A stretch of 63,673 bases of DNA, the filler included, from Aduncisulcus paluster (lineage: Eukaryota), in the NCBI GenBank assembly GCA_024181965.1. It is 8 parts of 8 records of this genome, joined end to end, with 100 filler letters (N's around TTAATTAATTAA, not from the genome) between each part and the next. Parts side by side here need not be neighbours in the genome. Positions count along the whole stretch, not along the records: positions 19,098 to 35,535 come from BQXS01000037.1; positions 35,636 to 41,989 come from BQXS01000038.1; 6 more parts are not named here. One strand, 5' to 3'. Positions 22,879-35,886 of the stretch are shown here, piece by piece. Every line of letters begins with the position of its first letter. The first letter of the stretch is position 1. The notes beneath the pieces were generated by a model. It was not told where the DNA came from. It saw nothing but the letters and a program-made list of their open reading frames with translations, and made no database searches. Position numbers and translations under genes: made by a program.

Positions 22879-25800
22879 GAATGCCCATTACCTGAGGCTG
22901 AGAAACCTTTCCTCCCCCACGAATCTCCTTCGGGGTGAGTTGAAGATGAGCGATCGCACGATGCTGTTGGGAAATAATCTTCATCTGACGACTCAGTCTA
23001 TCTTCAAGTTCTTTCAATTTAGAGTCATAATCCATGGCTGCACGCTTTTCATTCGTACTAAGACGCTCAATATCACTCTCCAACCGTTTCATACGATCAT
23101 CACGGCCTTGTAACTTCCTCTCAAGCACGTTGACTTCGAATCTCAACCGTCCATTCTCACTACATACCTCTTGGTAAGTGCCAGATATCCGTTCGAGATC
23201 TTGTTGAAGACATCTCATCCGGATTAGCACGCTCTTGGAACCTTTCTGTTGAACCATAGCCTCATTAACTTCCTTTTGACGTTCCAATTCCATCTTTACA
23301 CTCACAACACGACCAACTTGGATCTGCAAATCACGCACAAGGTCTTGCTTTGTCCGTTCATACTTCTGATGCTCTTCCTCGGTGGCTCTTCTCTCACGTC
23401 TCAACTCTTCCTCAAGCTTTCTGAGTCTTTCTCTCATCTCCTGCANNNNNNNNNNNNNNNNNNNNTCTTTACACTCACAACACGACCAACTTGGATCTGC
23501 AAATCACGCACAAGGTCTTGCTTTGTCCGTTCATACTTCTGATGCTCTTCCTCGGTGGCTCTTCTCTCACGTCTCAACTCTTCCTCAAGCTTTCTGAGTC
23601 TTTCTCTCATCTCCTGCAGAGAAGCTTGCTGTTCATCATGATGATTGATAATGATTGTCTCTCGTTCAGTCACGCGCTCAACGGATGTCTTTGCCGTACT
23701 CTGTGTGAGTTGCATGGTTTGCTGAATGTCTTCCAGCTTATCCCGGAGCTCCTTATTTTCCTTGATCATGGCAGAAATATCAACGCTGGGGGAAGGAGAA
23801 AAATCAGAGGTTGTTCCAGGAAGGGAATCACGCCGACAGGCAGCATCAGAGGTCGCAGATGATGGAGAGTCAACGGAGATACCATCTTGTTGCTGCTGTT
23901 TTTCAAGTTTATCTAGCTCTATCCGACCAGCTTCACTCATATTACCCTTTCTGTTCTTCTCTTTTTCTCTACGAAGTGAACTCCTCAGTTCATCAATGGT
24001 GAATTCACTCTTTTCTACGCTTCTTTGACAAGACTCAGCCACCCTTCGATATTGTTCTTTTTCCTTGACAAGCATGTCTTCTTTCCTCTCCCTTTCGTTC
24101 AAAAGCTCAATATAACTCTGCATCTGCTTCTCAAGCTCTTCAATGGTGTCGAGAAGTTGCTGCGAATAATCCTTGCTATCATTTAACTTGAGTTCAGTCG
24201 CCTGTTTGTCGGCTTCAAGCTTGTTAATTCTCTCGAGGAGATCAAGGTTAGCAGAGGTCAGTGCTTCGGTGCATGACGAACTCTTCTCATCCTCAGAAGA
24301 GGAAGCAGAGGAAGCACCCTCAAGGATATCATCACGGGCACTAGAAGCAGGAATTTCAAGATCAACGGGATCACCAGGCTCTGCGGAGGGGCCATTAGAT
24401 GTCGCCGCGGATGATGAATCAGTGGTTACAGTTGTTTGTTCTGAACCACCAATCTCTGAAGGTGAAAGGTTTTCGCTTGGTTCAGAGTGAAGAGAAGGAG
24501 TTGCAAGCGTGGAAGAGGGATCCTGTGAAGCTTTCCCAGCATCACCAGCCTTTGTTTCCCCTTCAATATCTTTATCTGGTTCCTTCTCTTGCCCATCAAC
24601 TTCTGTAGGAGACGAAGCTCCCTTATCTGCATCTATCGGAGGCTTATCAGGGTCTTTCTCCTCTTCAATCTCATCCTCTTCCTTTTCACCCTCATCTTCC
24701 TCATCCATAACGACCTTTCCTCCGTCTGCCATGACACTCAAAAGAGCTTCTTCGGGGCTTAATCCACTCTCAAGGGCTTTGATATATTTCTTCAACTGCG
24801 CAATCTCCTTCTTGGCATCGGCTAGCATGACTTTCAACTCAGCAACGCTCAGTTCCTGATTGACTTTAGCTTTGTTTTTGATTTGTTTGGCACGCTCTCC
24901 AAACCTCAGGGTACTCACCGTCTCTTCACAGTTGTAGCTTGAACATGAACAACAGATAATGAGTGTAGTCTTCGCATTTCCACCGAGTGACTCTTGTAGA
25001 ACCCTAGTTAACTTACTGTCTCGATATGGAATATGTTTCTTCTTACGATCTGTGAGTGCATTAATAACCTGTCCAAGTACAGTCAGTGATAGATTGATGG
25101 TCTTAGCTTCATCAAGAGTACTTCCAGTGGCATGTGTTTTGGAGATCTTTTCACTTCCAGCAAGATCGACAAGATACAGCTTTCCTGATTTTGTACTTCC
25201 TTCCTGGTTCTTTTGACCAATAGTTAAGATAAACAGAGAGTGCGAACGAGACGAGGCAGCATTCATACGAGTGCATGCAGTAGCACGGGATAAATTACCT
25301 TCTTCCATAACCTGGAATGTCTCTTCTTGGGAAGAAACATATTTTTCAGTCACTCCTTCGATATAAACACCAGCTCGACGAGATTCACGAACTGGGAGAT
25401 TAACAGAAGAGGGATTAAGCAAATCGCGGATCTTTTCACAATATATTTCAACATATGATAATTTCACAGTGAAAACAATTGACGGATCAGCTTGTTCAAT
25501 GTATTCAAATATTTCGTCAATAATTCTTGGAATAACTCCTTTATCAGTCGATGAACGAAGAGAGGGACCTTCCATTGTATGAGTCTTTGAAATAAAGAAA
25601 ATATCAGAAAAAAATGATAATTGGTGTTAATAACAAATCTTAGTCAAAAAATTAATCGATAACAACTTATTATGACGATAAACATACTTTACCAGCTCCA
25701 GTTTGACCATAAGCAAATATTGTTCCATTATATCCATCCATAACATCTTTAATTACGGGTTTAGCTGCATAGGAATACACCTCACCTTGAGGTGTAGTCA

Positions 25801-26144
25801 TATTGAACATTCTATCCATTACAAACTTCCTCGTACCATGTTCGGACTAAAATCAATCACAAAAAAAACAAAAAACCCAAATATCAGAAATCAAATCATT
25901 GATATTATATACGAAAGAAGTATTATTACATACCTGTACCCGAACAGTATTTTTATCATCAAAATTAACACAAATTTTTCCACCACATTCTTTTTCTACC
26001 CTATTTTGTGGCCTAAACAAACATTATAATGATTATTAAAAGAATTAGGGACGAATCGAAAAAATCATTTCAGAAAAAATATGATCATGAAATAAAAAGT
26101 ACATACCTGAAACGACAGACAACCCTGACATTTCCACCAGCCAT
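22850..26144 (-). CDS. Kinesin-1 (conventional heavy chain); exons 26144..26107, 26012..25934, 25846..25688, 25584..22850
   Basis: Spliced N-terminus MAGGNVRVVCRFRP, P-loop GQTGAGKT, SSRSH, LVDLAGSE, HIPYRDSKLT, coiled coil, and IAK-like tail IRGGG x2. Three GTATGT introns and one 20-N gap with duplication. Confidence 0.92.
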
Positions 26145-26417
26145 TTTATGGATGTATACTCCCTTTTGACAGAAAATCAGAGTGCAAGACCCGGAAAGAA
26201 GTATGGAGGAATGATCAAGAAGTAAACAAATGTAAACTTCATGTTTTCATTTTGAAATAGAATTTTTTAAATTATTTTATTTATGATTTTACGTGATTTC
26301 GATTATACCATCAACATGACTCGGAGAAATTCTATCTCTTGTAGGAAGAGGACAAAACTCAATTCAATGTGAAATATTTTTAAAACACATTATAATATAA
26401 TAATTATATTACTTTAT

Positions 26418-28640
26418 TCAAGAAAACAATCTATTCACAACAAAAGCAACATTTCCTCCACAATTCACCAATATATCAAGAACATCGTCAGTTACTTGAA
26501 TTCCCATATTTTCGAGTTCAGTTATTTCTTTCGAATATTTAGTCCGAGCATCTTCCCGTGACATAATGGATCCCTGACTAGGAGGAGGAGGGATTGTTGG
26601 ACCTCTAGTGGATGATGTTGAAGAAGCTGAAGAACTTGGAGGAGGTTGAGATGATGGAGGAACACCAGTCGAAAAGGGAGCAGCCGACCCTGATGGGGGC
26701 TGCCTTGTTTGAGCGGGTTGGAATAGTGCAGCAAATGGGTTGGGCTGAGCAGCAGATCTTGTGCCACCCATAGAGGGAGCAGTTCCAGAGCCAGTTGCTG
26801 GAGGAGGAGTACCGAACATCTGGGACATCATTGGGGCAGCTGCAGTCATCTGTTGGACCATTCGTCTTCTTTGTTCAGGGGTCATTCCACGAGTAAGAGG
26901 ATTCATGGCCATCATGCTTTCCATCATATCAGGATTACTCATCATGCTTTCCATCATGGAACGCATTTGAGGATTGGCCATCATTTGACGCACCATCCCC
27001 ATCTGATCAGCAAGGGAACCACCACCAAGTCCTCCAAGTCCTCCAAGTCCACCCAATCCACCGAGACCTCCTAATCCTGGGGCACCAGCTCCACCAGCTC
27101 CACCAAGACCACCGAGCATGCTAGCAAGAGGGTTACTACCACCGAAAGGAGCACTTCCTGTCGGTCTTGACGAACCTGAAGAAGGAGCAGTAGTTTTCTT
27201 GGCCTGACTCTGAGCAGCTTTTTTCCACACGTTAGTGGAGGTTCTTGGAAGAGTTGATGGACACTCAGGAAATGAGAATGGGTAAACAATTGAACGAGAA
27301 TATGAAAGGGGAGCAGCAGATGTCCCATAGACATCCTCTTCATCATCCTCTTCCTCCTCTTTGTCAATTGAAGCAGCAGGAGATGAATGGGCAGCCTCTC
27401 TTGGCCTTCTATCAGCACCGGAGGCACCTTGTTGCCTTGTGCGAACAAAATCATCACTATCACTATCATCCTGATCATGACTGATGGTGAGATCACGTTG
27501 CATACGCTGAAGAAGTTCAAAACCACCTGGAATATTTTCAGCCGCAAGCATAGAATGATCAGCACGACGGACCATATCCGCCATCAACTCAGGATTCCTC
27601 ATCATCTCGGCCATCTGGGCAAGTGCATCGGGATCTCTAAGAGTAGCAGCAAGTTCAGGTGATTGTTGGGCAAGTTGCTGAACATATGGGTTTGCTTGCA
27701 TCATTTGACCAAGGGTTTCTGGATTGAGCAACTGATCACCAAGAGGACCAGAAAGCATTGATTGCATCATTTCTTGCATTCCACCTAAACCACCGGAGGC
27801 ACCTTGTTGCCTTGTGCGAACAAAATCATCACTATCACTATCATCCTGATCATGACTGATGGTGAGATCACGTTGCATACGCTGAAGAAGTTCAAAACCA
27901 CCTGGAATATTTTCAGCCGCAAGCATAGAATGATCAGCACGACGGACCATATCCGCCATCAACTCAGGATTCCTCATCATCTCGGCCATCTGGGCAAGTG
28001 CATCGGGATCTCTAAGAGTAGCAGCAAGTTCAGGTGATTGTTGGGCAAGTTGCTGAACATATGGGTTTGCTTGCATCATTTGACCAAGGGTTTCTGGATT
28101 GAGCAACTGATCACCAAGAGGACCAGAAAGCATTGATTGCATCATTTCTTGCATTCCACCTAAACCACCAGAGGCACCAGGAGCACCAGGAGCACCACCA
28201 AACATGGCTGCAAAGGGATTTGGAGCTTGAGGTGGCTGAGAAGGAGGAGGAACTGTCGTTGAAGGGGGAGTTGGTCTAGGAGCAGTTTCAGCAGTGCGCC
28301 TTGAAACAACACAATGAATCTTTGACATTTCTGCTAAAGATGCTATATTATTCCATAATCAATGAAAATAAAAGAAAAAAGAGATAATATGATGAGGATT
28401 TAAAATTAGACACAAATAGTTTCCAACAAGACAAAAAGGAATCAATATGAACATACGAATTTCTTCTAAAGTTTGGGAATCACGAAGGATTGCCCCTGAG
28501 AAGACGAGTTTCTGCTTAGAACTGGCATATCCCTTTTCCGCTTCTATTTTCCGTTTCAGTTCTTCGATTGTGGTTGAAAAAGAAGGTACTTCAACCTTGA
28601 AAGTTTCTCCACCAACTATACAAATTGTTAGTGTTACCAT
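26418..28640 (-). CDS. Ubiquilin/Dsk2 (UBL-STI1-UBA); exon 1 28640..28457, intron 28456..28334
   Basis: UBL (QKLVFSGAILRDSQTL), M/NP-rich STI1 repeats and a C-terminal UBA-like domain (ELENMGI...GGNV). An upstream in-frame ATG at 28784 is a possible alternative start. Confidence 0.88.
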
Positions 28641-29831
28641 TGGATCAAGACAGCGTTTGTTCGCATTTCGTGATTCAAAGTGGATCCAAGTCTCGATGTC
28701 AGGAAAATGGATTGGCCCACTCACGTCCAAAACATGTGATTTTTCTGCATTCCATCCTTTTTGATCATATTTATTTTGAGACATCGCTGATGAAGATCCT
28801 TTATCGGAATCAATTTGGATTTTGATCTTTCCTCGGCATGCCGTCCATTCGATTATTCATACGATTCCCACTAGCTCTTATGAGCATCCATGGAAACATT
28901 TGAATGTAATCTCATTGATATTGCTGTCGTTTGACCACTCATATCCTCTCTGTGATTCATTCTCCATTGTTCATGTCGACCATCGAAGGTTTGAGTTGAT
29001 GTGAATATCTGATTTCTTTGCGGGGATTTATTGAGTGTGTTTTTTCTATTTGTATTAAAACAGTCCAATGAATCGTTGGATGATTGATTTTTGAGAGTTT
29101 GTTATTGAATTCTCATCATGATGACGGGTAATAGAAACCACATAGGAATGTTCACTGATAATTGTTATGTTATATTATGAGATGAGCCAGATAAGTCCGT
29201 TTATTTTTAACTTCAACCTTGAAAGTTTCTCCACCAACTATACAAATTGTTAGTGTTACCATTGGATCAAGACAGCGTTTGTTCGCATTTCGTGATTCAA
29301 AGTGGATCCAAGTCTCGATGTCAGGAAAATGGATTGGCCCACTCACGTCCAAAACATGTGATTTTTCTGCATTCCATCCTTTTTGATCATATTTATTTTG
29401 AGACATCGCTGATGAAGATCCTTTATCGGAATCAATTTGGATTTTGATCTTTCCTCGGCATGCCGTCCATTCGATTATTCATACGATTCCCACTAGCTCT
29501 TATGAGCATCCATGGAAACATTTGAATGTAATCTCATTGATATTGCTGTCGTTTGACCACTCATATCCTCTCTGTGATTCATTCTCCATTGTTCATGTCG
29601 ACCATCGAAGGTTTGAGTTGATGTGAATATCTGATTTCTTTGCGGGGATTTATTGAGTGTGTTTTTTCTATTTGTATTAAAACAGTCCAATGAATCGTTG
29701 GATGATTGATTTTTGAGAGTTTGTTATTGAATTCTCATCATGATGACGGGTAATAGAAACCACATAGGAATGTTCACTGATAATTGTTATGTTATATTAT
29801 GAGATGAGCCAGATAAGTCCGTTTATTTTTA
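28588..29831. repeat. Exact 622-nt tandem duplication (probably assembly artefact)
   Basis: 28588..29209 is repeated at 29210..29831, duplicating the ubiquilin 5' region. Confidence 0.9.
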
Positions 29832-30130
29832 TTTTTTTATGTTGAATTCGGGCTAAACTTCTGAAACTCGTCTTAAAACATTTATCAACTCAGTATGAGC
29901 CTCCCATTTTGATACCCGTTTTAAGCAATACACTTTGTTGAGTGGTCAGAATGAGTTTTTTGCGACACAACTTGTGTGAATTGAATTCAAGGAAAAAATA
30001 ATAAAGTTGAGAATGACAATTTCTTATTTGCTTCACTTTCTTCTATTAGCTTCTAATTTGTGACGACACCTCGAGGTTTTGAAGTTGAAAACGGTTCTTT
30101 TGTCAAATCTAGTTATAAAAAATCTATTTT

Positions 30131-33100
30131 ATGGAAATATTTGAATTAAAACTTAGCGCACCTCTTGCTCTACAAAGTTTTTTTGGTTCAAAATCGAAAA
30201 ACTTTCCAATCAAGAAACTAAATGATGATTATTCGAGGTTTATCTGGAGAAATATTCATATTGAACATTTTCATTCGCAATTACATTGCAAATGTGAAGT
30301 AATATGTGAAAATTATGATGATATTGGAGGTGTGTCAGCCATTTATGATTGTGTACTTTCTTCTAATATTGTCAATCTTTTTGGTTTGTTTTGTGTTAAA
30401 TCACGCAGATATATTAGTTTTGAGTATGGAATGAAGCAATATTCTCTGAAAGATGGTAAAGTGTCAGCTATTGATGATACAATTTTATCATGCTCACCAG
30501 CTTATTCTCCATCCATTGAAATCAGTGCAATATTACAAGATGGAAGGTGTTTAATTGCACTTCGAAATGGCGTTTATACTATTCCTTTCCCATCATTATC
30601 CCAAATTCCAGCATTTCCCCATGAACCTTCAATGGAGGCTGATGCGCTTCAACAAGTGGAAATGGAAATTCAAAAGAAGAAATATGAGCTAATACAATCT
30701 TGGCATGATCCATTTTGCGTTTGTGAACTTGTAAGTTATGGATTATTGCGGGTTGCCGATTCTTCGTTTTTCAAATGTGGTGTTGATGTTTTTGCCGGCA
30801 ACAATCATATTTACGCTCTCCCATGTGGTTGTAATAGAGCCGTAAAGCTTGAACTTTCCGATAATGGTCGTCCCATATCTTTGGCTCGAAACTGTTCCCT
30901 GGCCCTCACTTTAATCGATGGTGTTGATTCCATGAATGATGATGCACAATGTCTCAAGGTGTATATTGCCTCCCAATCATCATTATTTTCTTTCTATCTT
31001 CCATCAATTAAAACTCTTAAAGCAGCAATCCTCTCCGCTTCTTCTTCCCAATTACCAGAATCTCCTTTCGAACTTTCTCAGCCATCTATTTCCGGCATTC
31101 CATGTTTTCATTCAAGAGTATTTGAAGAAGTTCGGGTATATTCGTGTCCCATCCCACATTGTGTTTTTCTGGAAGGAAAAGTTTCAGGATGTCAATCTTC
31201 ACAGTATTCCCGAAATTTTGAGGATACTATTGATCAAAATATCGACATTTTCTCACGTATCCATTGTATTGAAAAAAGAAAAGAAGAGATTGACAAAACT
31301 ATTTCCAATGCTAAAAACGAGATCATTGTGCATATATTGAAAGATACTCTTTCTTCATCCTTCTTCGAAAAAGAAAAAGCAGTTTCAAAGGTTGGTGATC
31401 TCAAACATATTCATCAGTCTAAAACATTATTTGATGATCACATTGATTGTGTCTCCCTTCTTCCAATTCAAGCAAATATCATTGATGCTTCCTTCATATT
31501 TCACTCACCAAAATCAAAAACTTCAGATCTTTGTCACAAAAAAGATGAAATGAAACATAAGGAAGAGGAGGAAGAAGAAGAATCTGAATTATGTTGTTTA
31601 TTATTATACCGAAAGAATTTTGAGCTCACCAAAGCTCATAAATTGATATTTCCTGCAGATTTATCTTCTTTATCTCCCTTTATCCAACTATCTGACTGTG
31701 TTGATTATGATTATCTTGCCCGTATTACTCATATGGAACAATGGGAATGTGACGATTTTGGCGATGAACACGCTGGATTCTTGCCATTGGATGATCATTC
31801 AATGAGTCGAATTCTTTCATGTTTTTCAATGGGATGTTCCAAAGCTCTGAAAAAAATATTCTACCCCTGTGAAACACCTGAAAAGTATTTGATTAAATTT
31901 GGTATTGTAAAAGCTGAATCAGATAAAGAGCCTCAATTCAGAAAGGAAAAAGAACTTAAAGATGAAGATAAATCCGAATTAGCTGCTATCCCAGGTGGAT
32001 TTGGCCTTGGAGGCCCTGTTGGCTTTCCATCCGTATTTGGATTTGGGGGCACTGGTTTGGGTCTTGGAGGTGGTAGCTTTTTTGGTAAATCCTCAAAGTC
32101 CATTCATGTTCCCGAGGCCTTTCGAACAAAAGATTTTATTGAATTGACTTGGGAGGAGCTTTGGAAATTTATAGGTGCTCCCCTTGTGTTTGGAAGTTCA
32201 AAATATCCCAATTTATTTGCTTCACTTGGCACTATGTGTGGATATGATATTGATCGTATTTGTGGAGAACCAATTATTGGAATTCACTCAAAAATGATAT
32301 CATCTGGTTGTTCGATATCCAATTGCGATGCAAGTTGGATTGGTATTCCAACATTTGCATGTAAACCTGGGACTTTATCAGCGGTACTTCTAGATTCATC
32401 ATCTGTGAATAGCTTCTCAGAATATCAAACAACGTTTCAATGGTCTCCTCAGGCTACGAAATGTATTTATCCAGAAGGAATTATAATAGGAGAGGATTTA
32501 GATACTTTGGGTTTAAAAATAGAAGACAAACGGTCTGTTTTGGTTGTGAACCCAGAATCAACTTCTAGTTCCTTCGGTCCTTCTGAAATGAAAATTGATA
32601 ATGTTAGACCTGGTGCATGGAAACTTCAACTCTTGTATAATGAATCTGATGGATCTCTTCAAACGTGTCAGCTCTCTCATTCATCCACCATTGATTCTGC
32701 TTTTGCACTGGAAACGAGACTATCCTGTTCTGAATGTACACGAGAAAATAGCAGGAATCCTCCTGATTCAATAACGCCAAGCACAACTTCTCAGGATTGG
32801 AAGTTTGTAGGAACAGCCTCTGTTGGTCAAAATGTCGGCTTCTTTGTTCAATCATGTTATCATGATCTTGATAAACTTGTTCAAATTATCCGCGATCCAA
32901 ATCCAGATGCTCTTTCTGGCCAGGGATTATCCCAGCTTGTGTTTGACAAATCACCAAGAGACTTTACTCATGCTTCAATATCTGGATCAATCCACCTTGA
33001 CAGAGTTTCTTATCTACCCGGTGGATGTATCCTTCAAAGTGACGCCAAGCACAACTTCTCAGGATTGGAAGTTTGTAGGAACAGCCTCTGTTGGTCAAAA

Positions 33101-34249
33101 TGTCGGCTTCTTTGTTCAATCATGTTATCATGATCTTGATAAACTTGTTCAAATTATCCGCGATCCAAATCCAGATGCTCTTTCTGGCCAGGGATTATCC
33201 CAGCTTGTGTTTGACAAATCACCAAGAGACTTTACTCATGCTTCAATATCTGGATCAATCCACCTTGACAGAGTTTCTTATCTACCCGGTGGATGTATCC
33301 TGTCTATTTGAGGATGAGCCNNNNNNNNNNNNNNNNNNNNGATGGATCTCTTCAAACGTGTCAGCTCTCTCATTCATCCACCATTGATTCTGCTTTTGCA
33401 CTGGAAACGAGACTATCCTGTTCTGAATGTACACGAGAAAATAGCAGGAATCCTCCTGATTCAATAACGCCAAGCACAACTTCTCAGGATTGGAAGTTTG
33501 TAGGAACAGCCTCTGTTGGTCAAAATGTCGGCTTCTTTGTTCAATCATGTTATCATGATCTTGATAAACTTGTTCAAATTATCCGCGATCCAAATCCAGA
33601 TGCTCTTTCTGGCCAGGGATTATCCCAGCTTGTGTTTGACAAATCACCAAGAGACTTTACTCATGCTTCAATATCTGGATCAATCCACCTTGACAGAGTT
33701 TCTTATCTACCCGGTGGATGTATCCTTCAAANNNNNNNNNNNNNNNNNNNNGATGGATCTCTTCAAACGTGTCAGCTCTCTCATTCATCCACCATTGATT
33801 CTGCTTTTGCACTGGAAACGAGACTATCCTGTTCTGAATGTACACGAGAAAATAGCAGGAATCCTCCTGATTCAATAACGCCAAGCACAACTTCTCAGGA
33901 TTGGAAGTTTGTAGGAACAGCCTCTGTTGGTCAAAATGTCGGCTTCTTTGTTCAATCATGTTATCATGATCTTGATAAACTTGTTCAAATTATCCGCGAT
34001 CCAAATCCAGATGCTCTTTCTGGCCAGGGATTATCCCAGCTTGTGTTTGACAAATCACCAAGAGACTTTACTCATGCTTCAATATCTGGATCAATCCACC
34101 TTGACAGAGTTTCTTATCTACCCGGTGGATGTATCCTTCAAAGTGGTCTATTTGAGGATGAGCCACAAAGATCAAGAGCTTATCCATTGTTCATCCAAAT
34201 TTCACCCGGAACAGAAGATATTGTCTGCATCAGAATCCAAGATTATTGA
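30131..34249 (+). CDS. Large hypothetical protein; C-terminal region repeated about four times across gaps
   Basis: 1000-aa ORF. The segment ~32650..33040 recurs at 33042, 33341 and 33752 with 20-N gaps. The true end is probably ...IVCIRIQDY at 34249. Confidence 0.7.
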
Positions 34250-34652
34250 AAGAAAACTTCAAAACCTGTTTACTTGATCAAGTTGATCGATTCAATCATC
34301 ATCATAACAAATTACAATGCAATAATGCTTAAACAATTTTGATTGAATGTAAAATTTCAAATTCGACATCTACGATCATTTTTTTCATTGAAAAATTTTC
34401 AATGATATTTGTAAACGGAATTAACCTCTCAGCCTGACTCAGGTACCTTACGAGGAGTTCATACTGTGCAAAAACAGTAATATCGCTTATAGAATAATAA
34501 ACACGATGATTAATTTTTTTAAGTTAAAAATTTCAACATAAAAGATAATCTGCGATAACCTCAAAGAAAAATTCTTATATAAATGGATCAAATCCACTTT
34601 CAAACCACCGAACATAAAATAAATAAATTATATTTGATAAGAGTTTCATACT

Positions 34653-35535
34653 CTAAAATCTTCCAGAGAAGAAAACTTCAAATACTTCATCAGGGTCAGC
34701 TGATGGATCTGGAATATATTTCATTGGGACTATCTGATACACTACTTCTCGGCAAATGGGACAAGTGCTCTCAGCTCCAGGAATATCAAACAACCATTTC
34801 TTCAGACATTCCATACAAGCACATGCATGTCCACATGGAGAGCACATACAATCGACAGCGTGATCGAGGCAGATAACACAAGATCCAGTTTGTCTCTTAA
34901 AATCTTCCTCAAGAGCAGCATCTTGTTCCTCTTTCAACAATCTCTCAACCTCAGGGTAGTGAAGATTAAGGTGAGATGGGAAATCAGCCAAGTCACTTGG
35001 ACAAATGACAGATTTCTTTGAAATGTGACTGAAATGAGCAATCATGTGGTTTACACTATCAAATTCACGCTCTTTCTGGTCACAGGTCTCACACGGGCAA
35101 GTCTTAATACCCTTGGTAAATCTTTCAGCAAGAAAATCGATAAACGCGCGCTTCTTGTGACTTCTAACGATTTGTTCATGCCCAGCATGACACTGATCTT
35201 GGAAGAAAGGAACAAATTTTTTCAACACAGGGTTCCAATCCGCTGAATATTTCCTCACATGGTCCATCAAAGCACCACGACATTTGAATTCTTTTCCACA
35301 CCATCCACATTTCTTCCCTCCTACAAACCCGGGATATCCTTGATGCTTTTCATAAAGTTTCTGCATTGATTCCTCTCTCTGCTTTTCTCCAGAATCAGTG
35401 ATTTGCACGAATGACTTATCCTTAATCTTATCAAGGGTCTTGATGTTTCTCTCAATGAATTGCAATATAATTTCATCATCGTGTGTGGCCACAACACCAG
35501 CATTGATCTTGTTGACAAGATCAAGAACTTGCACG
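34653..35535 (-). CDS. C2H2-zinc finger / C3HC4 RING protein, 5' partial
   Basis: RING motif CVIC...CSPCGHACACMEC...CPICR. C2H2-like fingers CGWCGKEF...H and CETC...H..H. Confidence 0.85.
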
Positions 35536-35886
35536 NNNNNNNNNNNNNNNNNNNNNNNNNNNNNNNNNNNNNNNNNNNNTTAATTAATTAANNNNNNNNN
35601 NNNNNNNNNNNNNNNNNNNNNNNNNNNNNNNNNNNTCCCTATAAATGGACCTCTCTCATCTATAAATATATCTATTGAGAAACTTGAGAATAATTACCAT
35701 GATGAACTGAGTTTTGATTGTGAGTTCTTTTGTGCTAAAGATCCCACTGATTCTTCTTCTTCTTCTTCTTCTTCTTCTTCTTCTCATTCTGTTGAATATA
35801 ATATTAGAAAACATTCGCCTGAACTGATTTCTATCAAGGCCCAACTGTGGAAATTCCTCTCTTCTTCTTCAAATATTCCCTGTTCA

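Noticed and set aside
32650-34140. Apparent four-copy domain array
   Set aside because: Copies are identical, bounded by gaps, and partly out of frame, so most likely an assembly artefact.
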